DNA of 64,000 bases from Octopus bimaculoides (Eukaryota), in contig NC_068986.1 of NCBI RefSeq assembly GCF_001194135.2, forward strand, positions 42,569,229 to 42,633,228, in the 5' to 3' direction. The position numbers and the translations under genes are program-made. Position 1 is the first letter of the stretch. Each line of letters begins with the position of its first letter. Shown here in pieces: positions 46,016 to 58,960 of this stretch. The notes beneath the pieces were generated by a model that saw only the letters and a list, made by a program, of their open reading frames with translations, had not been told where the DNA came from and did not search any database.

Positions 46016-48227
46016 CCCCTTGCAGATGGATTTAGTACTCACAGTCAATTCTGTGTACCGCTATTAGGCCGTTCAGTAACTACGTAATTTTTTATACAAG
46101 GTATTTTACAGTGTATTTATAAATTCTTCTCAGTGCAGTATATTTGAAAACACAGTGTTACACAGAGTGAGACATCACACTGCTCACGTTCAAAGTTCTT
46201 TTTTTTGCACACCGTGCTTTGTACAAAAAGCACATCTTCTGTACAGTCATGGTCTCCTCCCTGATGGGGGATTAATGGCTGTGAAATGTCTCCCTGTCAA
46301 CCTTGCTGGACCAAGTAGAGCAGATGGCCTTCCTTGTGGCATATACCCTTCAAGAGGGTGGTTGTTACACACCTCCATGATCACTGCTAGTCAAAAATCA
46401 AGAAATCATTCTCAACTCTCTATAACCTTCGATGCAAGGAAGGCATTGACCAAGCAAAGGTCGAGCAAATAGAAAAACGCTTTCTATATCATTTGATGTG
46501 TTTTTGTAACACAGGAGTGAGATTTGGCCATTTGACAGGAAAAACCTACCCCACTCATGCCTTGATTGTAACTGAGGACATAATTTGGTTTCCTGACAAT
46601 ATTTCTGCACTTCTCAATTTCCGACATTTCAGTGGATAACATTTTTATTAGCATTTTATTTTTCCATACCAAAACAAGTAAACCACTTGTGGTGAAATGA
46701 AAGTGAATCTAACCCTTTTTCAGGGCCAAATTCAGATCCTTGGGCATATCCTTCTGATTCAGATGAACTGTTCCAACTACATTCACTTTCTGTTAATGAA
46801 AAGACAGCAAAAGCTTAGGTCTGTAGAACCAGCTACCCTTTGCCGAGCAGAATTTCATTCAGCTCCAACACAATCTTCTGGCTCACAGGAATGTCACTCT
46901 ACTCCTGACCTGAGTATATTTTGAAATTGGATGTGTATCCTAACACAACACCTCCACTCTGACACACTTTGAAAACTCTGATCCTGAATCATGTCTGTTT
47001 TGTGGGGCTGTACTGCTTGAATCCAAGTCTACCTTTGAATTTCCAAAGAGATTCATCATTAGCAACATCCTGGTCCAGAATATACACAGTTTTGAACTGT
47101 TCGGTCAGAATACTAATGACTGACTGCAATTTAAATAGTTAGTTGTCATCTTCAAAATTGTTGTCAATGAAGTGCAGATTTTGTAAAATCTGCTTGAACC
47201 TATCATGAGGCATTATGTCATGAAAAAATGGCGTCTGCAAAACTGGGTCCCTGGTCCAGTATAACTTCATATCTGGTTTGGAATGCAGGCCCATCAGTAT
47301 CACCAAAGACAGAAATAAGTCCAACTCATCAGGCGTGATGTCTGCCCACTTCCTGGAGTGACTTTGCTTGGTAGGGCGACAATTGGTTGCAGTGAACTTG
47401 GTGCAATTCATCTTGGTGCAAATGTGTTTGACAAGTTCTGGTGTCATGAAAAATCTAAGAAACTGGAGTGGAGTGAAGTGGTTGATGCATCCACATTGTG
47501 ATCTATAGTTCTGGGCCACTCCACAAGTCCATGTTGCTTCAGAACATTGTCCTTTTTTGGGAAATTGACCAGCTTATAGTTTCACCAGTATTGTGAGACC
47601 CATCCCTCCTCCAGCATATGCAGGCAATGGTTTGTCAGGATCCAAGGATGAACTACTGTCTCTAACAATTCCTGCTGGCTGTGGTGGTTTGTCATTGCTC
47701 TCGCTGTCAAATTCTTGGTAGTTGCTCCCTGGGCTCGAATTGTAATCCAACTCACTATCATCATCCTGATGGGAACACTCTGGTCCTGGTTTCTTGTGCC
47801 TGTGGACTTTGTTTCGGAGGCATACTGATTGTGAGGAGATTTGTAAAGAATTCAATAGCAACATCCATGCTTTTACAGATCACTTTGGTTTATGAAACTG
47901 AGTGGAAGTATTGTTCACTTTTGCAAGTTTCTGAGCAGAAGTAATATTCACTTTTTCACACTAACAACAGAGATATGCATGACTACACATCAATCACATG
48001 CATATAACCGCATCTGTGGTCTTCACATAACAATAACCAAAAAGACTAACTTATCTGAAATTCCAAACAGAAATGTAAGTTGTAGCCACAGAGATTCCTG
48101 ACTGAAAAGTAGGCTGCGGCCATAGCCACTATGCAGCTGTACACTAATATGGCAACAGTCTCTGTCGTAGTCTGGCCACACACACAGTGTTTTGATGTAG
48201 TCAGTACCTCTTCCCATCTGCGAAGGG
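46016..48227 (-). mobile_element. TIR-bounded piggyBac transposon, dead
   Basis: TIRs ccccttgcagatgg / cccttcgcagatgg; TSD TTAA (48228-48231) and TCAA (46012-46015); 2.2 kb. Confidence 0.85.
46150..47870 (-). pseudogene. piggyBac (PGBD-like) transposase pseudogene
   Basis: TPLQFLRFFMTPELVKHIC...ELDLFLSLVILMG...YW...IMPHDRFKQILQNLHF; NDESLWKFKGRLGFKQYSP; YNQGMSGVG; Cys-rich C-terminus; multiple stops and frameshifts. Confidence 0.9.
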
Positions 48228-48735
48228 TTAAGCAAGTACACTTTCATTCACAACAAAAGTTTTATGTGTCTAGGAAAAGAAATGTGGTCTTGGATTCACT
48301 CCAACTGTGCAGCATGTTGAGCAAGTGCCTTCTATTATATAACCTTTGGCTGACCAAAGCCTTGTGAGTGGATTTGGTAGAGGGGAAACTGAAAGAATTC
48401 TGTCGTGTGCGTACCTTTATCTAGACATTGTGTGATGGTTGTAAATGAGTGCCTTTATTATACAAGTGATGTTGTTTGTTTCCATCCTTTCATGAAAAAT
48501 GTGTCTGGACATGGGAAAATATTACCTTGCTTGGAAACAGGTGAAAGTTAGCAACAAGAAGGGCATCTAGTCATAGGAAATCTGCCACAACAAATTCTAT
48601 CTGACCCATGCAAGAATTAAAAAGTGAATGTTAAATGCTAATGCTGATGATCACTTTCTGGTAGCCATCTTCACATTTGTCATTTATGTAATAATGTTTT
48701 TCATATTTGAAACTGTGTTACTTTTACTATTTCAG

Positions 48736-48801
48736 TCTTTGAAAGATGACACTAAAGAAAATGAAAAACCTTCTCAAGAAACTAATGAAAAAACACCTGA
48801 T
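48736..48801 (+). CDS. TRAF3IP1: Probable TRAF3IP1 exon: SLKDDTKENEKPSQETNEKTPD
   Basis: ttactatttcag| ... |gtaagt; 66 nt, phase 0/0; charged composition; no conserved motif. Confidence 0.65.
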
Positions 48802-49228
48802 GTAAGTTGGTTGTTGCAAAGTTACTATTTGAACCATTCAATACATATATTTATTATTTAATATTTACTGTTCTTTCGTGTCTTTGTTTTTCAATGACTT
48901 GTAGAAATAATATGATAAATTGGAAGTATTTAAAAACTAGAACATATCTTTATGGTGTATTTTATTTCAGTTATTTTGAGGGTGACTGTTTTACATTTAC
49001 AGTTATTTAGTTTTTCCTTCTTTTTTTTTTTCTCAAGTTAGTGATATTAGAAATTATTATTTCAGTAATCTGAGGAGAGAAAATGGAAAATAATAATGTG
49101 GAGTATTTTTCCATTAAATCTCTTCCTGATTACAAAAGCAAGCATTATTCTCCATGATATCTAGGTTAACCATACCTTGCACTTACTTGTAATTCTAAAT
49201 ATTATTAGTTTGTTTCTTCCATTAATAA

Positions 49229-49262
<34 letters not shown>

Positions 49263-49272
49263 NNNNNNNNNN

Positions 49273-49670
49273 TGTGCTAAGAAGCTTACTTCCCAACCAC
49301 ATGGTTCTGAGTTCAGTCCCACTGTGTGGCACCTTGGGCTAGTGTCTTCTAATATAGCTTCAGGCCAACCAAAACCTTGTGAGTGAATTTGGTAGATGGA
49401 AACTAAAAGAAGACCGTCGTATATATATGTGTGTGTGTGTGTGTGTATGTATGTATATGTATGTATGTATTTGTGTGTCTGTGTTTGTCCCCATACCATC
49501 GCTTGACAACCAATGTTGGTGTGCTTATGTCCCTGTAACTTTGCGATTCAGTAAAAGAGACTGATAGAATAAGTACTAGGCTTACAAAGAATAAGTCTTG
49601 GGTTCGATTTGTTTGACTAAAGGTGGTACTCCATCATGGCCACAGTCAAATGACTGAAACAAGAGTAAAA
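49273..49670 (+). mobile_element. Composite tRNA-SINE with internal microsatellite
   Basis: Same family motifs as 18598-19057. Confidence 0.8.
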
Positions 49671-49677
49671 AGTATAA

Positions 49678-49768
<91 letters not shown>

Positions 49769-49787
49769 TACATTACATACATACATA

Positions 49788-50650
49788 CAAAGTGGCATCA
49801 AAAAGTTGCCAGACTAGTTCTGTAGCGCACCAACAGATGGCAGCACACAGTTGCATGTGCATTGAGAGCTAGCAGCAACCTTCATGAAGCAGGTGATATC
49901 GCTGTGTTTACTTTGCAAGTTGTGAAATTTATGCTTTCGTGATCACTTGTGTGCTTGTAGTCTGTGATTTTGTCATGGATAGGAACAAAGACTCAATGTA
50001 AAACTTTGCGTTAAACTTGAAGTGTGCTACAGAGATATTGAGCATGCTTTGGCAAGCTTATGGTGACAAGGCAATGGGCTGTATGCAATTTTTCTAGTGC
50101 ACTTCAAAAGTGGAAGACAATGAGTGACCGGACATGAGTGTCACCTTTAGAAATGTGGTATTGTGCACCAAGAATTCATTCCCCAGGGCCAGACTGTAAC
50201 CAAAAGTTCTACCATAACATTTTGAAGTGTTTGAGGGAGAAGATTAAGCAAAAGCAACCGGATCTATGGAGCACAAAAAATTGGATTCTTCACCATGCTC
50301 TCCTCACTCATGAGTTTCTTTGCCAAAAACAACATGGTATTGCTTCCATGCCCATGCTATTCTCCAGGTTTATAGCATCTGTGAACTTCGATCTCTTCCC
50401 CAACATGAAAATGCAGCTCAAAGGTCACTGTTTTAACACTGTTGTTGAGATCCAGAGCAAATCGCAGAAGGTCCTTGACTTGCTTACAGAAAATGACTTC
50501 CAGGCCAGATTCCAAAAGTGGCCAGAATGCTGGGACTGGTGTGTTGTTGCGCAAGGTGACTATTTCAAAGAAGATGATGTTAAAACCTAGGTAAATAAGT
50601 TATTTTTTTGTTAAACATAGCTAGTTCAGGAACCTTTTTGTACCACCTTG
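49788..50650 (+). mobile_element. Internally deleted mariner element, same family as 28583-29636
   Basis: TIRs caaagtggcatcaaaaagttgccagacta / tagttcaggaacctttttgtaccaccttg; TA flanks; NQKFYHNILKCLREKIKQKQPDLW...LFPNMKMQLKGHCFNTVVEIQ. Confidence 0.85.
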
Positions 50651-53093
50651 TATATATATGTATATATATATAACTATATCATCGTCATTTAGATTCTGTT
50701 TTCCATGCTAGCATAGGTAAGACAGTTTGTCTGGTGCTGGTAAGCTGGAGAGCTTCACTGGGCTCCAGTCTGTTTTGATTTAGTTTCTATGACTGGATGC
50801 CCTTCCTAACACCAACCACTTCACAAAGTGTACTGAGAGCATTGTACATGTGTCACTGGCACAGGTGCATTTTATGTGTCACCAGCATGGGTGCTTTTCA
50901 TATGTCACAGAGCACTGACCAGGATTATGGTCTCACTTCGCGTGACATCTCTTCTTAAGCACAGCAAATTACCAATAGTCTCAGTCACTTGTCATCACCT
51001 CATTATTATTATCATTGTTGCTGCTGCAAGCTAGCAGAATCATTAGCACACTGGACAAAATGATTAGCAGCGTTTTGTCTGTCTCTGTGTTCTGAGTTCA
51101 AATTCTGACTTGGCCTTTCATCCTTCTGGAGTTGATAAAATAAGTACCTGCTGATTGCTGGGGTTAAATTAATCAACTTCCCACTCACCACTGCCTCACC
51201 AAAATTTCAGGCATTGAGCCTATATTTGAAATTATTATCTATGTATTAATATGCTAAAGCTGAATGCCATATGCTGTCATGTGGTTGTTTGTTGAAGGGA
51301 GAGGCGAAGAACAAAGAGGGAGAGAGAAGTGTTAACATGTTATAGAGGAAAAGTAGTAGTTATAATAGAGTTAAGAAGTTAATTGAAGGAAGAGATGTAG
51401 AATAAGAGAGTCAGAAATACAATGTTTAACAGAAGGGTGATGTTCTGGTGATGAATTTAGAGCAATGCAGATAGAAAAAGAGGGGAGGTTAGTTATATTA
51501 AGAGTGAGAGACAGATAAAGAGAGAGAGTGTAGTGATACTATGTCAGTTCATGTATTATGCTGTCATGTGGTTAGTGGAAGTTGGAGGCAAAGAGAAAGA
51601 GAGAAATGATGTGAAGAGTGGAATGATATGGTTATAAAGTTTGTTGAAGTAAGAGGTAAAGAGACAAAAATATAGAGAGAAATCTAACTTGCATAATAGA
51701 CAGAAATTTTAAATATCATGTATTATTGTGACTGACAAGAAAATAATATTTTTATATTTTGTTTTTTTATATCTTCTATCTGTTCATTTGTTAATCTGTC
51801 TTCTATCCACTTTGACAAATACATTGATGGGCAGATGGAAGTAAAAAGGCTTACATTAAACATTATGATAAACTTCTCATAGATAGAAAGATAGATTTTT
51901 CAATGAAAGTGAAATAACTTAGCAAAATAGCCGTGGATGTTTTTTTTCTTTTTTTTTCTTCTCCCCAATTTGTTATTCAAACTTTGTATTGTTGGACTAG
52001 AGAGATTGACTGCAAAGAAAGTAGATATAAACAGACACCTGAACTGAATTGAAATGAACCAACTCAGAGTGAGATTTGTGACTGACAGTTATAATGGCAG
52101 TAGCATAGCCACAGCTGATGATGATGATAGTGAAAAGTGTATTTTATTTTTATTGAACTAAATTTTTTATATTGCCTATCACTTAATGCATGTGCATAAG
52201 TGCAATTATTTATCGCCTGCTCAGTTGAAAATTGATATTTGTTTACAAAATATGGATGACAGACGACTTAAGTTAACAAAAAAGTGAATGAGACGGTATA
52301 GGCAATGACATAAAGAGAAGAAGAAAGTTGAATCACTAGAACAAGCAGTGTAGAAGGGGAAATAGGTATCAAAAAGAATACAGTGAGTATTTACAATAGA
52401 TAAGAGAACGTGCTCAAGACAGAATAGAAAATGAAAATGAGATCATAAAAATTTTAATGATATGGTTGGAAGTCCCAACATTGGCGACATAAATATTCTC
52501 TGTAATCATTTTTTATGATTATAGAGAATATGTAATTGAAACTCTGAACTACTGAGAGAATGGATAAATCATGCTCTCTCAATTATCCAGAAAAACTGAA
52601 AGGATTTTCTTTGATGAAAATAATGCAGAATATTCAATTTTAAAAGTAACACTAATTTTTATAGTTCTATATAAACTTCCAACCATCTGAAGTTTTGTAT
52701 TTACTGTGGAATTTCCACAGGTACGGCTGGTTATTATTATTATTATTTTTGATGGTTGTTTTTTAATATAGCTTGTATTGTAAGTTCAGTAGTATGTTCT
52801 TGGAAATAGTGAATCCTTAATCAGGATTTTATTCCAAAATACAGCTATTTCAACTGCTTTATGCCAACTATACTCCTGGGAAACGTAGAATTATCAGAAC
52901 CTTCCATTTTCTCTTTCTGTCAATATTTGTAATTTTATGAGACTATATTTAATAACTAGACTGGAACTTTAAACAATCAAAAGCTGTTTAAAATTTCTAT
53001 TATTGTTTATAATCTGCATAAATACCTGTTTTTTTCTTCAACTTTTGATTTCCTTGTGTTAGACATGTTGCTACTTTTTAAATGGAAGGGTCA

Positions 53094-53119
53094 TCTATAT
53101 ATATAAAAATGAGAATGTG

Positions 53120-53162
<43 letters not shown>

Positions 53163-53420
53163 GTGAATCCCTAAAACTCGAGAACTACGCAACCAATTTC
53201 ATTCAAATTTTACACATGCCTTACTTAGGGTTCCAGTTGTGTTTTAGTCAAAAAAAATTTTTAACTTCTTGCAGAGTTCAAGCACATGGCAACATAATAT
53301 CTCTTCCACTATTACGTGTCAAAAGTGAAACAAAAACACTCATGTCAAATACTTTCACTTTAAAAATGAAACTATTCCACTAACTGAAACAATCACATTT
53401 CGATACTGTAGTGACAGATA
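53094..53420 (+). mobile_element. Non-autonomous Helitron-like 5' end
   Basis: A|TCTATATATATAAAAATGAGAATG + (TGTC)n + ctaaaactcgagaactacgcaaccaattt; no 3' hairpin or CTRR seen. Confidence 0.55.
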
Positions 53421-54921
53421 CTTTCAGAGAGAGAGATGTATATTTTGTGTCCTAATATTTTGTATTTCTTCATTGAGTCCCTGCTCATGCAACTCAGATT
53501 TGTTCAGCCAAAGTTGAGTGCACAGTATATGCCTTCTTAAATATATTTCTACATATCAAGCAAAACCACTTGTCAGATAGAAATAGTATTTATTTTATGC
53601 TCTACTTTTAATTAATCTGGCTATTGTAAAATGTTTTTTCTCTGAGTTACCTTCCTTAATTAGAAAGTGTAGAACTGACTATGTATAAGTACTGTTATTT
53701 ATAGATATCGTTGGCAATACATAGTCAGTTCTTGTATTATTCTTTCCTTGATTATCATTTGAAAAAATATTCAACTAATCACTGCTTTATTTGGATGACA
53801 ATCATTTCTATTTCCAGCTTTATCTTTCATTTTTAATTGCTGGATTGAATTAATTCTATTAACATTATCATCAATTTTATGTCTACTTTCTATGCTAGCA
53901 TGTGTTGGACATTTTGGCAGGATCCAACAAATCAGAGAATCATGTCTCAGTCACAGCATACTTTATTACCAACCATTTTATAGAGTGTACTTGGAGCTTT
54001 CTGATAGCACAGCACTAGTGCAGTTGCCATGCAAGTTGCAAGATTAAAAAGCCCCCTTGATTAAGGAGTAGTAGTCCTTAATGAAAGGATTTTATGAAAA
54101 GTATTGAGAGGTTGAAGTATGATGGGAGGAGCAGCAATAAATTTACCATTACGAAGGAGATTCCTAACGATGTCATATTCTACATGAGTGAGTAGGCCTA
54201 ACTGGAGCATGTCAGAAAAAGAGGTAAATATGGTTATAAGAAGTAGCCAAAATGTAGCATGCCCAAGAAGATGAATAGAGTGAGGAGACTGAAGAAAGTG
54301 AATGAGAGATTAACAGAATCATAGAGTGGAAGTGGTAAGATGTACATAGAGGATGAATGGGGTGGATTGGTTAAGTCATGAAAGTAGTCAGAGGTAAATA
54401 TGTTAAAAGTGAAGGACAGATGTTGATTGAATATAGCTCAGATGAGAGGAAATGGTGACAGGTAGGACATTGGATGAGGGACATGCTTATCATGTGTTCA
54501 GAACCTCAGTCATGCTCTTCTAGTGCAGCTGGGTGGATATTCACAAGTACTGTGTGTGGTCAACCATCTTCGTCCTCTGTCATCTCTATGAGGCTCAATG
54601 TCCTAAGATCATATAATGATCTCAGGACATTGTAATGCTTTACAAATAAATTTGATAGACAGAAACTGTATGGAAGCCTCTGTGTATGTGTGTGTGTAAA
54701 ATAATGAAGGTGGCTATATGCAATATAAAATCAAGAGGAAAAATTCAATTGTCACTAATTGTGACTGAGGGTGCAGAGTAGCACCTACATTGCTAGAAAT
54801 AGAAGTCAAAATTAGAGCTGCAAAACAAACACGTCTATGCACTGACAGGTGGGATAACTGCCCCACAATGAGCAAGATCACCATACTAGTATAGTTTCAC
54901 TTTATTAAAATTAAAGCTTAT

Positions 54922-54959
54922 CAGTGGTGACTACTCCATCACTGGAGTAGTCACCACTG
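54922..54959. repeat. Perfect 17-bp inverted repeat, 4-nt loop
   Basis: cagtggtgactactcca-tcac-tggagtagtcaccactg. Confidence 0.95.
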
Positions 54960-54973
54960 TGTACATATATGTG

Positions 54974-55035
<62 letters not shown>

Positions 55036-55059
55036 TACCCATGCACGCATGCACACACA

Positions 55060-55510
55060 CAATAACACCTCACTTTAAGAGGACCCACTTTACATGACCC
55101 CGGGTTTACGAGTGTTATTTTTCAAGCACAAGATCCGAATTTTGAATGAAGTACAAAAATTTCTACTACTATAATAAATGCTTCTGTGTGTTACAGAGAA
55201 ATTTATAGAGAGCAAAAAAAAAAAGCTTCTTTTAAGCAAACAATTCTAGACTTGCTCTTTAAAAAGAAGATCACATCTACAATTGATGGTGTGCTCAAGT
55301 CTAGTGTGAGTGAAAGTGATTCAGAAAATGATTATAATAATATTTTTTATTATAAATGATTTTGTCATTCTTTTTACTTTACATTCAACTGTTGTTTTAT
55401 TGCCATCTACTTACAAATATTATAAATTTTATTGGTAAAATATTTTTCTGGGAACGAATTATAAATCATAACATTACTACTATGGGAAATTCTTGCTCTG
55501 TTTATCAAGG
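55060..55510. mobile_element. Possible Tigger/pogo-like remnant
   Basis: Subterminal-like motifs cctcactttaagagg...gggtttacgagt and ctatgggaaattc. Confidence 0.3.
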
Positions 55511-56700
55511 CATTACTTCCTAACAAGTGCTGGTTTGTTTACATCCCTGTAACTTAACAGCTCAGCAAAAGAGATCGATAGAATAATTACCAGGCTTTAA
55601 AACAAGTACTAGTATTAATTGGTTTTACTAAAGTCTTTAAGTCAGTGCCCCAGCATGGCCATATAGATGAAAGATATGTGAAAGTTAACATTTAAAAACA
55701 ATATCAATTGCTTTCTGCAAAAATTTCATTTTACTTTCTTTGTCACATACTGTTATCCACATTTTGATACAATCAATTGTATATACATCTTTTCCAAACT
55801 CTTCCCATTTTCTTTTTCATGTTGCACCATACATGCATATCACAACTGTTTTAGCTTTGTTTTTTTTTGTTATTTTTTTTTTGTTTATGTTTTTTTTTTA
55901 ATATAAGGAAACAAAATCTTTGATTTAAACATTTTTTTTTTTCTTTTTATTNNNNNNNNNNACTGATGTTTTTCTCAAAGACATTAGTTTTAGCAGGAAC
56001 AAAAATACATGATATCTGAAATGTTATTTCAATAATTAAAAATTAAAAAAAAACATTTGCAACAAAACATTGTTAAAAATCCCAGTGTTCCAAATATCAA
56101 TTTAAACTGCAACACAAGAAAAACATGTTTCAAGCTAACAATTACCATACACTACTGCATTTGAAAGTGTACGTCACTTTTATTTGACAGCTACTATCCT
56201 TTCCTTCTTTTTCTGTTTCGAATTTAATTTTTTATCTTTTTAAGATAAAAAATAAATTCAAAATGATAATGCCTTGCCATAGATAAATATTTCATGTGCT
56301 ATTTTCTCCATTCTTCATTTCTGGAACTCCGCTGGCAAGCTGTTTGAAATCAACCTATTTCAACTTGAAATTGAAAGCAGATGTAAACCTGTTATACTGT
56401 TTCACATGCCCATATTATATGTGACGGTGCGTAGCCTAGTGGTTAGGGTGTTGCATTCACAATCACAAGATCATGGTTTCAGTTGCCAGACTGGTGGTGC
56501 ATTGTGTTCTTTAGAAATAATATTAAAAAAAAAAAACTTCATTTCATACTGCTCCAAGTCCATTCAGCTGTAAATCAGTAACCCTGTCACAGAGTGGCAT
56601 CCCATTCAGTGTAGAATGTTGGCCTACCCACCTAGCAAATATGGTGGCATCATTCAAAAGCTACAACAATACAAGGAAGCATATTGTAACTAGTGGTCTA

Positions 56701-56916
56701 CAAGGGAGTTCTGAAAATTCCTGGCTTTGGGTAAAAAAAAAAATACAGGATGATCAGTTAATTATGATTGTATTCAACATATTCCCCTCTCAGATTCACA
56801 GACTATTGCATTGGTCCTTCAGTTTTTCTAAGTCCTGTAAAAGAACTCAGAATGTTGGGCTTCCAACCAGGCCTTTCACAATACCCTTAAAGCCAGGAAC
56901 TTTGCAGCACCCCTCG
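56701..56916. mobile_element. 216-bp mariner-type MITE, TA TSD
   Basis: caagggagttctgaaaattcctggcttt versus the reverse complement of the right end cgaggggtgctgcaaagttcctggcttt; a partial second copy lies at ~57270-57384. Confidence 0.8.
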
Positions 56917-58459
56917 TAAGTACAGATGGTGTACCAAGGACCAGATGCATTCTTCCTTTTTTTTCCAAAAATATATGGTAAGTCTTGTCTGCTATTTCTA
57001 AAGCCTTTCTTTTTCATTCAAAGTTGGTTTTGTTAGATTAATGTCAAGAATTTATTTCATGCTATGGTTCCCATTTACTTTTCATTCCACTAGTATCATT
57101 AGAACACATACAATAGATCCTTGGAATGTATGCAAGAAGCAAGAATCATAATCTATTGGTTGCTAGGTCATAACAAGACAGTCTTCATTAAATGCATCTG
57201 AAGTGGAGTGAGATGGGGTCAGCCTGATAGAATCCATCCTGACCAACCAAGCATATTCGTCTTTTCAGTTCACACACTTATTGCAGTGATCCTTCAGTTT
57301 TTCTAAGCACTGTTAAAGAACTTGGAAGCCTTCACCAGGCCTTTTGTGGTACCCTTAAAGCCAGGAATTTTTCAGCGCCCTTGTATAACAACATCCAATA
57401 GTTTTATCAATACATTGATGTCATATAATTAACAGTTTTACTTCAAAGGATCTGCATGTATTACCCACTGAATGTTGTACTTGATGCAATGTCTGATAAA
57501 GTCTATTGTGCATCCTCTCAGTTAGTACTGTCTCTCAAATAGTACTGCATCTCAATTGGCTTGCTTTTCAGTTGTAAAATTTCAGTCATCTTAACTTAGC
57601 AGTCTCTCTATAAACATGTTATAAAAAGATAAAATTGATATTTCTGCTTAATTTCTTTCTATTTGGACAGTTGATTAGGAGCATATCTTTTTCATCTCTT
57701 CTGTCTACAGAAACTTTAAACATTGAAATAAAAAAACTAAAAAGCAAACAAGCAAAAGAGAAATATTTACTGGCTTCCTGATAGGCAATACTTCTATGGA
57801 CAGAAAGTGGTGTGCCATTGTTTAGCCCTAAGTTAGTTTTGGTTAAGCAAAAGCATGATTAAAGGCATTCCAGCCATGACCATCATGTCTTTCATTCAGA
57901 CTTGATGTAAGTCAAACTACTCTACCCACTGTGTCTTTTCTTAACATGACAGGATGTACAATAGGAGGATTTGGTTATTTCTTATAAGTTGAGCAATGAG
58001 TTCAAACAAGTTGTATGCTGACTGAAGGTGATGGAAACATAGATAGGTATTTAAATAGTCTAATTGTTTTTAAGTGTCTGTTATGAACTTTGCTTCTAGA
58101 TCAGATATCACACTTTTTCTGTTGTTCACTTTGTATAGATGAACTTCTAATTACAATACTTATCATGTATCTGCAAAGGGTCTCTGAGGTTTTATGAACA
58201 ATAAATTATTCACATAGATTCTTCTTTGCTAAAACAAATATCTAGCATATGTATCAATTGTTTAAAATTACATTAAAAAAGATGGTTGAATAATGTATCT
58301 TGCCACATAGTGAGACTCTTGTGCCTGTAGTTTATCATCCTCTTCATCTAAAAGTCCTATTTCTCTAATTACACTACATCTAGAACTAGTGTTTATTGGA
58401 TAAAAATATTATTTTGTCTATAAAGAAACCGATTTATTAGCTTAGTTGACTGGTTCATC

Positions 58460-58960
58460 TTTATTTAAAACTCTTCTCCATCCATCCATCTTCTCTGCCC
58501 ACTATTCCTAGGCAAATCAAGCCTCTCCTCCATGGTGTCCTGTCAGAAGTAACCATCATTATGTTTTCCAGCCGGATTCCCAAGCATGACCAACTGAAAC
58601 TACAGCTATGACCCAACCATCTTATTATTGGTCTACTCTGAGGTTTTCTGCCAATTGGCTCAGCTTGAAGAATCTCTCTTTCAGTTCTTTCCTGCAACAT
58701 TCTAATCACATGTCCGTAGTACTGGAACTATGACCTTTCAGTGCAGAGAAGTAGTGGCTCAACCTGGAGAGATTTCCTGATCTCCAAACTAAGCTCCCTG
58801 TTGAATAATGCCACACTAGAGATCCTTGTGATGAACCCTACTTCAGCTGTTTGTATTTGTGATTGTACTCTATCAGTCATTACTCAACATTCATAACCAA
58901 AAGTGAGGATAGGCATGGAAACCCAATTGAAGAAAGCACATTTGACTTTTTAACCAGTAT
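58460..58960 (-). mobile_element. RTE-clade LINE ORF 3' fragment
   Basis: IRMLQERTEREILQAEPIGRKPQSRPIIRWLG...WSCLGIRLE...DRTPWRR resembles the RTE C-terminal R-P-x-G-R-P-x-x-R-W motif. Confidence 0.7.

Noticed and set aside
56292-56354. Possible minus-strand terminal exon VDFKQLASGVPEMKNGENST* with UTR-like sequence after it
   Set aside because: Purine-rich acceptor, no recognisable homology and no upstream partner exon found.
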